Positions 30,568 to 41,324 are shown, counted from the whole stretch's first letter. The stretch is DNA of 63,993 nt, filler included, from a bacterium (GCA_040757115.1; 8 parts of 8 records of this genome joined end to end with filler, not necessarily neighbours in it), one strand, 5' to 3'. Program-made: numbers and translations. The notes: generated from the letters alone by a model not told the origin.

Positions 30568-31458
30568 TCAATCTTGAAGAGGCACTATTCTTCTGTATGC
30601 CTCAAGATATTTTTCAGAGGTCTTTTTTATTATGCTATCTGGAAGTGTTGGGGCAGGGGGATTTTTATCCCAGTTGATTTTTTCTAAGTAATCTCGGACA
30701 AATTGTTTATCAAAACTTACCTGAGCTCTACCTGAACAATAATCATCCATTGTCCAAAAACGGGATGAATCAGATGTCAAAAGTTCATCTATCAAAATAA
30801 TTTTATCTTCACAAATTCCAAACTCAAATTTCGTATCAGCCAGGATTAGTCCTTTTGCCTCTAACTCGTTACTGGCTAATTCAAAAATCTTCAAACTTAT
30901 CTCTTTTAAATATTTTGTCGTGTCAACTCCAACCATATCCTGGACATCCATCTCAGTTATATTAATATCATGTCCAAATGTTGCCTTTGTGGCTGGAGTA
31001 AAGATAGGTTCAGGTAATTTTGCGGATTCTGTAAGTCCTGTTGGCAGTTCAACTCCGCAGACAGATTGGGTTTGTTGATATTCCTTCCAGCCTGAACCAC
31101 TTAAATATCCCCGCACGACACACTCTACTGGTAATGGTTTCGCCTTTTTGACTAACATTGACCTTCCGGATAATAAATGCTTATAGGGAAAGAATTCTCC
31201 TGAAAATTTTTCTACATCGCCGGTAATTAAATGATTGTTGATAACATCCTTTGTCCGATTAAACCAATATAAAGAGAGGGCAGTCAACACTTTACCTTTA
31301 TGTGGGATACCATTTGGCAGAATGACATCAAAGGCTGAAATTCTATCCGTGGCGATGATTAGAAGTTTACCATCAAATTCATAAATATCCCTCACCTTAC
31401 CCTTAGAATAAGATTTTAAGTCTTTTAAATCAGTTTCCAAAATTATCAGTTCTTCCAT
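30568..31458 (-). CDS. purC: SAICAR synthetase
   Basis: GKVRDIY, DRISAFD, ADTKFEFG and DKQFVRDYL motifs. Confidence 0.97.
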   Translation of the reverse strand: MEELIILETDLKDLKSYSKGKVRDIYEFDGKLLIIATDRISAFDVILPNGIPHKGKVLTALSLYWFNRTKDVINNHLITGDVEKFSGEFFPYKHLLSGRSMLVKKAKPLPVECVVRGYLSGSGWKEYQQTQSVCGVELPTGLTESAKLPEPIFTPATKATFGHDINITEMDVQDMVGVDTTKYLKEISLKIFELASNELEAKGLILADTKFEFGICEDKIILIDELLTSDSSRFWTMDDYCSGRAQVSFDKQFVRDYLEKINWDKNPPAPTLPDSIIKKTSEKYLEAYRRIVPLQD

Positions 31459-31493
31459 TTCTCATTCACCTCAATTCCCTTATTTTGGATTTT

Positions 31494-31804
31494 GTAACCG
31501 TTCACCGCAAGATGCCACAGAGACGCAGAGAAGAAAATTAAAATTTATGGACGATACGCTTTAGTCACAATCTAATCTAACTCCTTTGTATCTTACAGGT
31601 AATTCAACCTGCCTTTTAAAATGTAACCCTAATATTGATAACTCATAACATAAACATTCTTCATAGGCAGATTCCAACAAACCTGCTCCCAATGTTTTAT
31701 GTATTTCAATGGCTGCACCAATAATCTTTTCTGTTATCTGATTTATTTCCATATCTTCTCTGTTCCTCTGCGTCTCTGCGGTAAAGGACCACCTGAACGG
31801 TTAC
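31494..31804 (-). mobile_element. GTAAC-TIR element with internally deleted GxxExxY gene (31561-31752)
   Basis: Same as 12091-12562 but jumps from RLDC to the last codons. Confidence 0.8.
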
Positions 31805-31837
31805 AAATATCAAAAATCAAAAGTCTAAACTACACAT

Positions 31838-33034
31838 TTACCCCTTCCGTTTAATTAATAATCCTTCCACAATCAACGAAAGCAAACCTTTTAATCGCGT
31901 CTTATCTTTAACTAAAATAAAAATGGTTAAGATTAAATAAAGGAAACTATAAATCAACCGTATTTCTTTTGAAGGGAGTAGTAATTGAGTAAAAAACAGG
32001 ATGAATATAATCAACGCCTCTTTTACCGACAGATGGAGATTAACCAGAATTGAGACTGCAAAGGCAGACTGTGCCGCGGTAAGGAATATCTCTTCTCTTT
32101 GTCGGTCATCTATGCACATCAATTCTATCTTCCCACTGGAGATACAGAAAATAACCGGTATTAGTCCAACAAGGAGTGTCCATTGATTTACTTTGGAGGA
32201 GATTAAAGTTCCTAATCCCATGGTAGGTTGTGCTTTGAGGACAAACAAAGAAGCGGCAATAAGCTCAGGCGCCTCAGAGGCAAGTGGGGCTATCCATTGG
32301 ACAAGGATAAACTCTTCTATCTTAAAGATTCTACCTGTAGTAATTAATCCCTCGGCAAAAGGTTTTGCGGAAATGAAAATAAGAAATCCCGCATATAAAA
32401 ATAAGGAGATAACTGTTATTCGTCTTGTCGTCTGAGGAAGATTACCAATATTTTCTGGCACACCAATGAGTTCTGGTTCGATTATTTTTGCCCTGGCGGC
32501 TGAGGTGATATACAGGACAAACAGTAATACAAAAATTATCGCATCAAATATAGCTAAAGAGCCTTTAATAGGAATAATAAAAGAATACAAAGTCGCCATA
32601 CACAGATATGATAACTCTATTTTATGTGATTCTTCCAATTCAATACCTGGAGCCTTTTTCGTTATCCAGTAAAGGATGACAACAAGAGACCAACCACATC
32701 CTATTAAGAGTCGATTGGCGCCGGTCATATTTGCGGTGGCATACGGAATATAAGATGGATTTTTCCCTCCCATCCATGTAAAATACATATCCACGGCGTA
32801 TTCAGGCAAGACGGCGATTAAGGCTAAAAAGGCTAAGGCTAAAACCTGGGAGACATCTTTTTGAGCGGATTCAGATGCCCAGCAGAGTAAAAATGCCGCA
32901 CAGACAATTCCTATGCCGGAAAGACACACGGTCAAAATCGAATAGACTTCCCAATCCCAGCCTGAAATTCTTAAGATTACCCAAATTATAGGCAGACAAA
33001 TTGTGCCCCAGAGTATAAACCAATTTCTTTTCAT
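31838..33034 (-). CDS. Sodium/calcium (cation) exchanger family membrane protein
   Basis: ~11 TM helices; AVLPEYAVD, ANMTGAN, PLASEAPE and SSKVNQWTL motifs. Confidence 0.85.
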   Translation of the reverse strand: MKRNWFILWGTICLPIIWVILRISGWDWEVYSILTVCLSGIGIVCAAFLLCWASESAQKDVSQVLALAFLALIAVLPEYAVDMYFTWMGGKNPSYIPYATANMTGANRLLIGCGWSLVVILYWITKKAPGIELEESHKIELSYLCMATLYSFIIPIKGSLAIFDAIIFVLLFVLYITSAARAKIIEPELIGVPENIGNLPQTTRRITVISLFLYAGFLIFISAKPFAEGLITTGRIFKIEEFILVQWIAPLASEAPELIAASLFVLKAQPTMGLGTLISSKVNQWTLLVGLIPVIFCISSGKIELMCIDDRQREEIFLTAAQSAFAVSILVNLHLSVKEALIIFILFFTQLLLPSKEIRLIYSFLYLILTIFILVKDKTRLKGLLSLIVEGLLIKRKG

Positions 33035-33652
33035 ACCTTCTCCTGAAAATAGTTAATTAGAGATTAGAGAATTAGTGAATTAGAACCTGCACTTTTGCTA
33101 ATCTCTAATCTCTATGCTCAATTTTCCCCTGAAAATAGGAAGTAGAAAGTAGAGAGTAGAGAGTAGAAAGTAAAGAAAACATCACTCCTCACGCCTATCT
33201 CCTTACCTCCCATCTTCTATCTCCTACCTACTATTTTCATCGTCCTCGTATAATATATATTGTTGGTCATTTTGAATGCCACAATCCTAATTCCTTATTA
33301 AAGCCCCCAAGATTGGGGGGTGGGGGTTGAAAATAAAATTAAAAAATTAATTATTANNNNNNNNNNNNNNNNNNNNNNNNNNNNNNNNNNNNNNNNNNNN
33401 TTAATTAATTAANNNNNNNNNNNNNNNNNNNNNNNNNNNNNNNNNNNNNNNNNNNNGGAAAACAACAAATTTCCATAAATTTCTATTAGTTTCTATTAAT
33501 TTCAATTTTTTTAATAATATCTCCCTATCTCCTTAATCTCCACATCTCCTTTTGTTACACCACCTGAACGCTTACAAAAAAAGATATTTTCCTCTCTGTT
33601 TCTCTGCGTCTCTGCGGTAAAGGATTACCTGAACGGTTACGAAACTTTTTAC

Positions 33653-33684
33653 TTGACAATAAAATAAGATTTATAGTAATATAT
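33653..33684 (+). promoter_or_regulatory. Probable sigma70 promoter
   Basis: TTGACA followed by TAGTAATAT upstream of an AGGAGG RBS. Confidence 0.55.
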
Positions 33685-33738
33685 ATTCAGAAGGAGTAAA
33701 GAGCAAATTTCTAACGAATGCAAAGGAGGTAAAGATTA

Positions 33739-35109
33739 ATGAAAGGGTTTTTAGAAAAGATATTCAATCTTCGGGAGAATAATACGACGGTGAGAAAGGA
33801 AATCATTGCGGGGTTAACCACATTTATGACAATGTCCTACATTATATTCGTTAACCCCATAATTTTGAGTGCAGGTCCTCTTGAAGGAGTAGGACCGGGT
33901 CTTGCACCTACCATTGCGGCAACATGCCTGGCGGCAAGTATTCTTTGCATTACAATGGGACTTTACACCAACTATCCCTTTGCCCTTGCCTCAGGAATGG
34001 GACTGAATGCGATTGTTGCCTTCCAACTTATATTGGGGATGAAACTTTCCTGGCAAGCCGCTATGGGTGTCATATTCATAGAAGGTGTGGTTATCACCAT
34101 ACTCGTGCTTACCGGATTAAGGGAGGCAATTATGAACGCCATACCAATGTCTTTGAAAAGAGCAATCGGTGTAGGTATTGGACTCTTTATTCTCTTTATT
34201 GGGATGTATGAAGCGGGACTGGTGAAACAAGGAACAGGCATACCAGTTACTTTAGGCGAATTAAACACCCCATCTGTCTTTGTTGCCATAATAGGCATTT
34301 TTATTACAGCCTACCTGATGGCAAACCGGGTTCTCGGTTCACTTCTCCTGGGTATCATCCTGACGACAATACTTGCTATCATCGTCAATTATACATCAGG
34401 ACTGACTGTATTCAAGAACGCCGCTGTCATACCTATATCGCTCATAAGCCTACCGGACTTTTCTACTTTTGGAGCAGGCATAAACTTCGAGGTATTTTCA
34501 AAAGTAGGATTCCTTACAGCCATACTCACTATATTCTCAATTATGATGTCAGATTTCTTCGACACGATGGGGACAGTCATTGGTGTTGGGGAAGGAGGTG
34601 GCTTTCTTAAAGATGGCAAGCTTCCACGCCTCAATCGGGTATTACTTGTTGATTCTCTTGGTGCTACCTTCGGCGGATTAGCATCGGCAAGTTCTGTAAC
34701 TACATACATAGAATCAGCCGCAGGTGTAGCCGAAGGTGGAAGAACAGGCTTGACATCCGTAATAGTTGGCATATTGTTTCTTCTTGGGCTCTTTTTATCA
34801 CCACTAATCAGTATCATACCTGTTCAGGCAACCGCGCCTGCCTTGATACTTGTAGGATTCTATATGTGCAGTATTATCCTGCAAATTCCCTTTGCTGACT
34901 TTGAGGAAGGCTTTCCAGCGCTTATGATACTCGTGACAATGCCTTTCACCTACAGCATAACAAATGGTATTGGCATAGGCTTCATTGTCTATACCTTCAT
35001 AAAGATTGTAAGAGGAAAATTCCGTGAAGTGCACTGGATGATGTATTTAGCATCCATAGCCTTCCTCATATACTTTACCACACCCCTTATTATGAGTCTT
35101 CTTCGTTAA
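33739..35109 (+). CDS. NCS2/AzgA-family purine permease
   Basis: AGLTTFMTMSYI..NP, GMGLNA, DFFDTMGT and ESAAGVAEGGRTGL motifs. Confidence 0.93.
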   Translation: MKGFLEKIFNLRENNTTVRKEIIAGLTTFMTMSYIIFVNPIILSAGPLEGVGPGLAPTIAATCLAASILCITMGLYTNYPFALASGMGLNAIVAFQLILGMKLSWQAAMGVIFIEGVVITILVLTGLREAIMNAIPMSLKRAIGVGIGLFILFIGMYEAGLVKQGTGIPVTLGELNTPSVFVAIIGIFITAYLMANRVLGSLLLGIILTTILAIIVNYTSGLTVFKNAAVIPISLISLPDFSTFGAGINFEVFSKVGFLTAILTIFSIMMSDFFDTMGTVIGVGEGGGFLKDGKLPRLNRVLLVDSLGATFGGLASASSVTTYIESAAGVAEGGRTGLTSVIVGILFLLGLFLSPLISIIPVQATAPALILVGFYMCSIILQIPFADFEEGFPALMILVTMPFTYSITNGIGIGFIVYTFIKIVRGKFREVHWMMYLASIAFLIYFTTPLIMSLLR

Positions 35110-35357
35110 TTTGGCAAAAAGAGGAAAGTGGAAAAAGAATGCTAATGGACTTTGCTCATCCGCAGACTGTCAAAATCTCATTTTTGTTAAAAAAATCTAC
35201 AAATTTTTTTAACAGATTAACTACTGATATCTCAAAGGGTTAACGCTATTCTGGTTAGCCTACTTGCCGATTGCAGGTTTATTTTTTATTTTTTTAGTTT
35301 GCTTTTTTTACAATGTGTGATATAATAAATATTGTACTATTAAATCCCCTCTAAAAC

Positions 35358-35613
35358 TTATTCACACCTGTGGATAACTATGTGTGTAACTTTTAAAGGA
35401 TTTGTGTGGATATAAAAAATTAAGTCCTTGCTTTTCAATTAACTAACTCACTTGTGGACAACCTGTGGATAAAAAATGAGGGAGGCTAACGAAATTTATT
35501 CACACCTGTGGATAACTATGTGTGTAACTTTTAAAGGATTTGTGTGGATATAAAAAATTAAGTCCTTGCTTTTCAATTAACTAACTCACTTGTGGATAAC
35601 CTGTGGATAAAAA
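35358..35613. promoter_or_regulatory. oriC upstream part: DnaA-box cluster present as a 118-bp direct duplication
   Basis: TTATTCACA and TGTGGATAA boxes. 35358-35475 is repeated at 35496-35613. Confidence 0.85.
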
Positions 35614-35675
35614 TAACCTCAAAAATCCAAAATCCGCAATCCAAAATTCGAAATAAAAAAGGGAGGGGGATTATA

Positions 35676-37031
35676 ATGGAAAGTGAATTATTCTGGAATG
35701 ATATTGTAACAGCCCTTAAAAAGAACTTAACAAAGGAAAGTTTTGAATTATGGATTAAACCTGTTTGTGTAAGTTCATTTAGTGATAATCTTTTAGAATT
35801 AGAGGTGCCAAATAAATTCTTTAAGGATAAATTAGATGATAATTATAAAAATATGATTGAGGTAGTCGCCAGTGAGACCGCTGGTAGGAAAATTGAGGTG
35901 AAATTTGTTGTTACTTCAAAATTTAAAGAGACTGAATTAAATAAAATACAACCTGTTTCAGAATATATTGAGCATTCTATATCTTCTATCCCGGAGCATG
36001 ATTTTCTAAATCCAAAATATACCTTTGAAAGTTTTGTTGTAGGTGAAAGCAATCGGTTTGCCCATGCGGCCTGCCAGGCAGTTGCCGACTCACCTTCTAA
36101 AGCTTATAACCCTTTATTTATCTATGGTGGTGTCGGATTGGGAAAAACTCATTTACTCCATGCAATTGGACATCAAATTAGAAATAATAAACCAAAGAAA
36201 AAAATAGTTTATGTTTCATCCGAGCAATTCATGAATGAGTTTATTGATTCGATTAGATATGGCTATGATAAAAGTATGAATTTTAAAAATAAATATAGAA
36301 ATGTTGACCTTTTGTTAGTCGATGATATTCAATTTTTTGAAGGTAAGGAAACAACTCAAGATGAATTTTTCCATACATTTAATACCCTTTATGAATCCCG
36401 CAAACAAATTGTTCTGACCAGTGATAGACCCCCAAGAGAAATACCAACACTTGAAGATAGATTAATTTCACGATTTGAACAAGGTTTAATTACTGACATT
36501 CAACCACCTGACCTTGAAACTCGAATGGCTATTTTAAAAAAAAGGGCTGAAAATGAAAAAGTTGATATTCCTGATGATGTTATCTATTTTATCGCAACTA
36601 AAATAAAGGCTAATATTAGAAAATTAGAAGGAGCACTTATTAGAATTATTGCCTATGCATCTTTCCATAATAAAATAATAGATACAGCATTAGTTAGCAG
36701 TGTTTTAGAAGATGTTCTCGTTAGTAGTGAACCTAAGAAAATATCGATGGAGATAATTCAAACGACTATCGCCAGGCAATTTAAGATTTCACCCGCTGAA
36801 TTAAAAGGGAAAAGAAGAGATGCAACCACTGCCTTGCCACGACAAATGGCAATGTATCTATGTCGAGAATTAACTCCACATTCTCTACCTGAAATTGGAA
36901 GAGAATTTGGAAAAGACCATACTACGGTCATTCATGCTTTTAATAAAATTAAAGATCTGATGGATAGTGATAAAAATATAAAGGAAACCATTGACCGACT
37001 TACAACAAATATTAAAAGCACAATCTTATAA
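35676..37031 (+). CDS. dnaA: Chromosomal replication initiator DnaA
   Basis: YNPLFIYGGVGLGKTHL, DDIQF and DHTTVIHA motifs. GGGAGG RBS before ATG 35676. Confidence 0.98.
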   Translation: MESELFWNDIVTALKKNLTKESFELWIKPVCVSSFSDNLLELEVPNKFFKDKLDDNYKNMIEVVASETAGRKIEVKFVVTSKFKETELNKIQPVSEYIEHSISSIPEHDFLNPKYTFESFVVGESNRFAHAACQAVADSPSKAYNPLFIYGGVGLGKTHLLHAIGHQIRNNKPKKKIVYVSSEQFMNEFIDSIRYGYDKSMNFKNKYRNVDLLLVDDIQFFEGKETTQDEFFHTFNTLYESRKQIVLTSDRPPREIPTLEDRLISRFEQGLITDIQPPDLETRMAILKKRAENEKVDIPDDVIYFIATKIKANIRKLEGALIRIIAYASFHNKIIDTALVSSVLEDVLVSSEPKKISMEIIQTTIARQFKISPAELKGKRRDATTALPRQMAMYLCRELTPHSLPEIGREFGKDHTTVIHAFNKIKDLMDSDKNIKETIDRLTTNIKSTIL

Positions 37032-37033
37032 AG

Positions 37034-37130
37034 TTATCCACAAAGTTATTAACATAGATATGTCATTGTAAATAATTAACTTAAAGTAGATATTAACACA
37101 ATTCACAGTATTATTAATACTACTAATTTT
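37034..37130. promoter_or_regulatory. oriC downstream part: DnaA boxes + DnaA-trio-like unwinding element
   Basis: TTATCCACA at 37034-37042 plus degenerate boxes, then TAT TAT TAA TAC TAC TAA at 37109-37126. Confidence 0.75.
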
Positions 37131-37149
37131 TAAATTTAAGGAGGATAAT

Positions 37150-38247
37150 ATGAAAATAAAAGGTAAAAAGGAAGCATTATTGGAGGGTATTCAATCAGCT
37201 CAAATAACCTCGCCAAAGACAACTTTACCAATTCTCTCTAATATCCTTATGTCTGCAGAGGAAGAAAATGAATTAACCGTAATTGCCACAGATTTAGAAC
37301 TAAGCATAAAGACCAAATTTGAAATAGAGGTATTAGAAAAAGGAAGTATCTGTGTTCCATTAAAAAAATTAATTGAGATTATCCGTGAGTTAGTAGATAA
37401 AGAAGATGTTTTAATTGAGGTAGAAGAAAATAATAGAGTGGTTATTTCATCTAAGGATTCCATATTTCATTTATTTGGTTTGCCTAAGGAAGATTTCCCA
37501 TTATTTCCTGAATATAGTCAAGAAAAATCATTTAATCTATCTTCTACTTTACTTAAAGAGATGATTAGAAAAACAATCTTTGCTACGGCAATGGATGAGA
37601 TTCGCTATGTTCTAAATGGGGTATTCTTTATTGTCAAAGAAAATGAATGTCGAATGGTAGCGACTGATGGACATCGTTTAGCTGTTATTAAAAAAACTCT
37701 ACCGGGGACAATAGGTGAAGAACAGGAGATAATTGTGCCAACAAAGGCATTAACTGAAGTAAATAGAATCATTCCTGAAGAACAAAATGTCCAAATATCA
37801 ATAGATAAGAATAAAATAGTGTTTCAAATAAATAATTTAATTATTGTTTCCAGATTAATCGAAGGCAAATTCCCTGATTATAAGAAAGTCATCCCTCAAG
37901 ACCAGGATAAAACTCTAAAAATCAATACCCAACAATTAATTTCTACGAGTCGGAGAGTATCTTTAATGACAACTGATTTCTTAAAGTTTAATATTTGTAA
38001 AAATAAATTAAAATTATTTTCAACTTCTGAGTTAGGCGATGCAAAAGAAGAATTAGATGTGAATTTCTCTGGAGGAGACATAGAAATTTGTTTCAATCCT
38101 AAATATCTAATGGATATTTTAAAAAATATTGAGGATGAAGAAATAGTAATTCTTCTTAAAACTCCATCAACCGCAGGGATTGTCCAACCACTGGAAGAAA
38201 AAGAAGGCGAGGAATATTTGTGTGTCCTTATGCCAGTCAGAACATAG
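37150..38247 (+). CDS. dnaN: DNA polymerase III beta clamp
   Basis: ATDLE, VATDGHRL, SRLIEGKFPDY and LMPVR motifs; follows dnaA. Confidence 0.97.
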   Translation: MKIKGKKEALLEGIQSAQITSPKTTLPILSNILMSAEEENELTVIATDLELSIKTKFEIEVLEKGSICVPLKKLIEIIRELVDKEDVLIEVEENNRVVISSKDSIFHLFGLPKEDFPLFPEYSQEKSFNLSSTLLKEMIRKTIFATAMDEIRYVLNGVFFIVKENECRMVATDGHRLAVIKKTLPGTIGEEQEIIVPTKALTEVNRIIPEEQNVQISIDKNKIVFQINNLIIVSRLIEGKFPDYKKVIPQDQDKTLKINTQQLISTSRRVSLMTTDFLKFNICKNKLKLFSTSELGDAKEELDVNFSGGDIEICFNPKYLMDILKNIEDEEIVILLKTPSTAGIVQPLEEKEGEEYLCVLMPVRT

Positions 38248-38311
38248 TGCTCTGTTAAACCTTAATTGATAGATAAATTGGGAAGGGAAAGAGATACTTG
38301 TCAGAAAAATA

Positions 38312-38483
38312 TCGACCTGTGCGATTAGACTAATTCATCGTAGAGACGCAAAGGAAAAATAAATGTAAAATGTAAAATAGGAAATGAAAAATGGGAAATT
38401 TTAGTAATTCGCAAGACTCATTACCTTTTAGTTATACATTTTCATTTTACATTATCCATTTTACATTTAACCACACAGGTGGA
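38312..38483. mobile_element. TCGACCTGTG-TIR MITE with heptamer cargo
   Basis: Ends match those of 48974-49238. Confidence 0.6.
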
Positions 38484-38821
38484 AAACTCCTAAATATATC
38501 CCCTTATTTTCTTTATCTTCATATCTCCTTTTTGGACACAGGTTAATAGGGTTCTGCAAAATGCCACTTTTTTGTCATCTCAGCCTCAAATTGTCATTCC
38601 CGCGAAAGCGGGGTATGTGTTTAGCGTATTTATGCATTGGATATAAACCTGAAAGGTTTAAATTTTACATAACCGTAGGTGAAACCTACGGAAATGGACA
38701 TCTACGATGTCTCTCAACCCTNNNNNNNNNNNNNNNNNNNNNNNNNNNNNNNNNNNNNNNNNNNNTTAATTAATTAANNNNNNNNNNNNNNNNNNNNNNN
38801 NNNNNNNNNNNNNNNNNNNNN

Positions 38822-38870
38822 AAGTTCTTTCTTCTAAATCATATTGTTTGGAATTTTGAATTTTGGTCAT
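38822..38870 (-). CDS. 5' end of four-helix-bundle (23S rRNA-IVP-like) protein, cut by contig end
   Basis: MTKIQNSKQYDLEERT. The YDLEERT start is typical of this family, and it is preceded by heptamer repeats. Confidence 0.6.
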
Positions 38871-39064
38871 TGGAATTTATTTGTATTTTGGAATTTGTGA
38901 TTTGGAATTTTGCCACTCACTCCGCTCTCCTGCAATCTCTAATCTCCCATTCATAGTTTATCCTTGCTTACCTCATCTTGTTACCCAACTTGTGGGTAAG
39001 GATTAGACCCCCGCCAGCGGGGGACAACGGCCAATCAATCACTTGAATGGCGACAGAGCACTAG
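38822..39064 (-). mobile_element. CTAGTGCTCTGTCGC-ended element (partial)
   Basis: Reverse complement of 54378-54598. The same ends occur at 41470-41620. Confidence 0.75.
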
Positions 39065-39191
39065 TATAGCGTTCTCTAAGTAGATATAACAAATATTATA
39101 GTAAGTATTAACCAAAAGTTCACATTAGGATTGTTGATAGTTGATATTTGCATTAAACTCCTTGTGGAATATTTCGCACCGGTATATCTTT

Positions 39192-39453
39192 CTATATTTT
39201 ATAAATCTTGCTCCGATGTTCAATAGCATAAACAGTGATTATTTGAGAAGAATGTTCAATTGAATATATTATTCGCCAATCACCAACCCTCAGTTTATAC
39301 TTACCTTTAAATTTCCCTGTTAGTGGTTCACTGATAATATGTCCTATATTTTGACAAAACCATTCTATCTTTATCAACAATCCGTTTTGCAATAGTTTTA
39401 TCAATGCAAGATAAATCTTCTTCGGCTTGAGGTGTAAATTCAACTTTGTACAT
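39192..39453 (-). pseudogene. RelE/ParE toxin with 1-nt frameshift
   Basis: MYKVEFTPQAEEDLSCID.. in one frame and YKLRVGDWRIIY in another. Extra A near 39370. TGATG coupling to the antitoxin. Confidence 0.8.
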
Positions 39454-39650
39454 CAAACCAACCCGAGTTTTTTCTTCACATCTTCAAAGGGAACTCTTTC
39501 TTTAGATGCGATTGAGTTTTCCAATCTTTGAACAAATTCGTTTTGTAATTCAAGCCCATAGTCAGGATCAAAGAATCCCTTAAATTTTTCTTCAATTACC
39601 TCACCCATTAACACCTTGAACTCTTCTTTGCTTAAATCGGCTACTTTCAT
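39453..39650 (-). CDS. Putative antitoxin
   Basis: 65-aa acidic protein (DPDYGLEL..EF; FEDVKKKLGL) directly upstream of RelE. Confidence 0.75.
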   Translation of the reverse strand: MKVADLSKEEFKVLMGEVIEEKFKGFFDPDYGLELQNEFVQRLENSIASKERVPFEDVKKKLGLV

Positions 39651-39767
39651 AAAATTTCTTCCTTCTTAAATAAGTAGTATTGTCAAAAATTTCAGTTCAA
39701 ATTTTCCTTATATATTTGTATTTTCAAGTAATTCTGTCCACTCAACTTTCCACCCTTGTTCCTTTCT

Positions 39768-39826
39768 GACTAACGACAGAGTTGAGCGGCGTGCGTTAGC
39801 ACATCCACTCCAACGACTTGTTGAAC
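39768..39826 (-). other. Integron attC-like recombination site (59 bp)
   Basis: Minus strand GTTCAAC-5-GTTGGAGT-[hairpin]-GCTCAAC-6-GTTAGTC gives the R''/L''/L'/R' layout with an extrahelical base. Confidence 0.7.
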
Positions 39827-39933
39827 AAAGCCACTTTGTGGCAGTTTTTTTGACAGCTTTGTAGAGTTATTTTAAGTTTATCATATTAGGATATTTGATG
39901 TCAAGAAGAAAAAGATACATTTTCAGGAAAATT

Positions 39934-40265
39934 GTAACTATTCAGCCACGGATTAGCACGGATAAATAGCAGAAGGCAGAGAGCAGAGGACAGAGAGCAG
40001 AAGGCAGAGAGCAGAAGGCAGAGAGCAGAGGACAGAGAGCAGAAGGCAGAGGACAGAAGATAGAGGTCAGAGGTGGGTTGTCCCCCGCTGGCGGGGGTTG
40101 GGGGGTGGAAATTTCCTCCAGTGGCAGAGAATCAAGAAGGATAGAAAATAAAAGTCAGAAAGAGAAAAACCCTTCAGCCTTCAACCTGATTACGGACACG
40201 GAAAACGGATACGATTCACGAATTTTCAGTGTTTCATCCGTGTCCATCTGTGGCTGAATAATTAC
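39934..40265. mobile_element. GTAACTATTCAGCC-TIR MITE with CAGA(G/A)(A/G)G heptamer array
   Basis: GTAACTATTCAGCC...GGCTGAATAATTAC. Relatives at 16221 and 57799-57967. Confidence 0.75.
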
Positions 40266-40567
40266 TCTGGATTAAAGCGGACTATAGAAGTCTCAAAAAT
40301 AGATAACTAAACCTACCAAATACAAAATAGCCTTTTATTCAAATTCCAAATAATACTCCATTGCGTTAGTTCAACCCAGAATTGTGTGTCGGCGTTACTC
40401 CACACAAATTTTTAATTCGTTAGGCAAAAGATTTGCTCCGCCGTCTTTTTCTTTACTTCTTAATCTTCTCTTTTTTGTAAATTCTATATTCGAGGTTTGC
40501 TCCTAATTTATAAAAAGGACATGGGCTGTCCTGAGTTCTAATTGAATTGGAGATGTTTTATTGAGGT

Positions 40568-41035
40568 TCATTTTCTTCTACTCTTCGTAGCCTTCAGTGG
40601 ATTTATAACCTCCAGGAATTCAAATTGCTTAAAGTGAGCCTCATTTGTGGTGTAAATGCCTTTTATGTTATTGTCCATCATTGTGGCTACCAAAACCAGA
40701 TCAAAAACGCTTTGTTTTGAAACAGAATATTTCTTGAGCAGGTTTATAACGGTCTTTAGGGTATTGCTCAATGGGAATATCTTCTTTAAGTTAACCGCTT
40801 TTTGGCAGGATTCAATAATTTCTCTTGCCTTGTCTGATTCTAATGGTGAACCAACTCTTCTGGAATCAGTAATGACCGCATAAAATTCATAGAGGACCTG
40901 ATGGGATACACAGGCATTTATCTTTCCTGAAAGGACCTTTTTATCTATTATCTCCTTGGCCTTTTTATGGTAATGGCTATCTAAATCATAGGCATAAACA
41001 AGAATATTAGAATCTATCAGATAGGTAGTCGCCAT
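40568..41035 (-). CDS. PIN-domain (VapC-like) toxin
   Basis: YLIDSNILVYA, QVLYEFYAVIT, FDLVLVATM and IYTTN motifs. Confidence 0.88.
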   Translation of the reverse strand: MATTYLIDSNILVYAYDLDSHYHKKAKEIIDKKVLSGKINACVSHQVLYEFYAVITDSRRVGSPLESDKAREIIESCQKAVNLKKIFPLSNTLKTVINLLKKYSVSKQSVFDLVLVATMMDNNIKGIYTTNEAHFKQFEFLEVINPLKATKSRRK

Positions 41036-41324
41036 AGATTGCCTTCCTATTGATGAGTTCTTCATTTATTTTACCAAGATGTCCAGTGGGAAATTGTTTC
41101 AGGACAAATGGTTTTCCCATTGCCTCATCCACCTCAATCTTTTCCTTATATCCCTGCCATGCCTTCATCTTAAGCCATTGCAGAATAACATCCCTGGGAA
41201 AGAGTATATTCTTGCCTACTTTTACTGATGGTATCTTACCTTTACTTACACTTCGATAAATGGTTAGAGGTTCCACTTCCAATATTTTTGCCATTTCCTC
41301 GACATTATAGACTATCTTTTCCAT
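41007..41324 (-). CDS. Excisionase-type HTH protein, probable antitoxin
   Basis: YNVEEMAKIL.V...TIYR...GKIP.VKVG. GGAGG RBS; overlaps the PIN gene start. Confidence 0.8.
   Translation of the reverse strand: MEKIVYNVEEMAKILEVEPLTIYRSVSKGKIPSVKVGKNILFPRDVILQWLKMKAWQGYKEKIEVDEAMGKPFVLKQFPTGHLGKINEELINRKAIYGDYLSDRF

Noticed and set aside
33640-33738. Purine riboswitch before the NCS2 permease
   Set aside because: The leader is short and lacks the aptamer motifs.
35592-35675. N-terminal extensions of DnaA (also RimO 50603, cupin 15726, deacetylase 22156)
   Set aside because: Derived from DnaA boxes, repeats or the upstream gene. Better RBS-linked starts lie downstream.
41007-41324. Prophage excisionase
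   Set aside because: No integrase or phage genes nearby. The overlap with a PIN gene fits an antitoxin.
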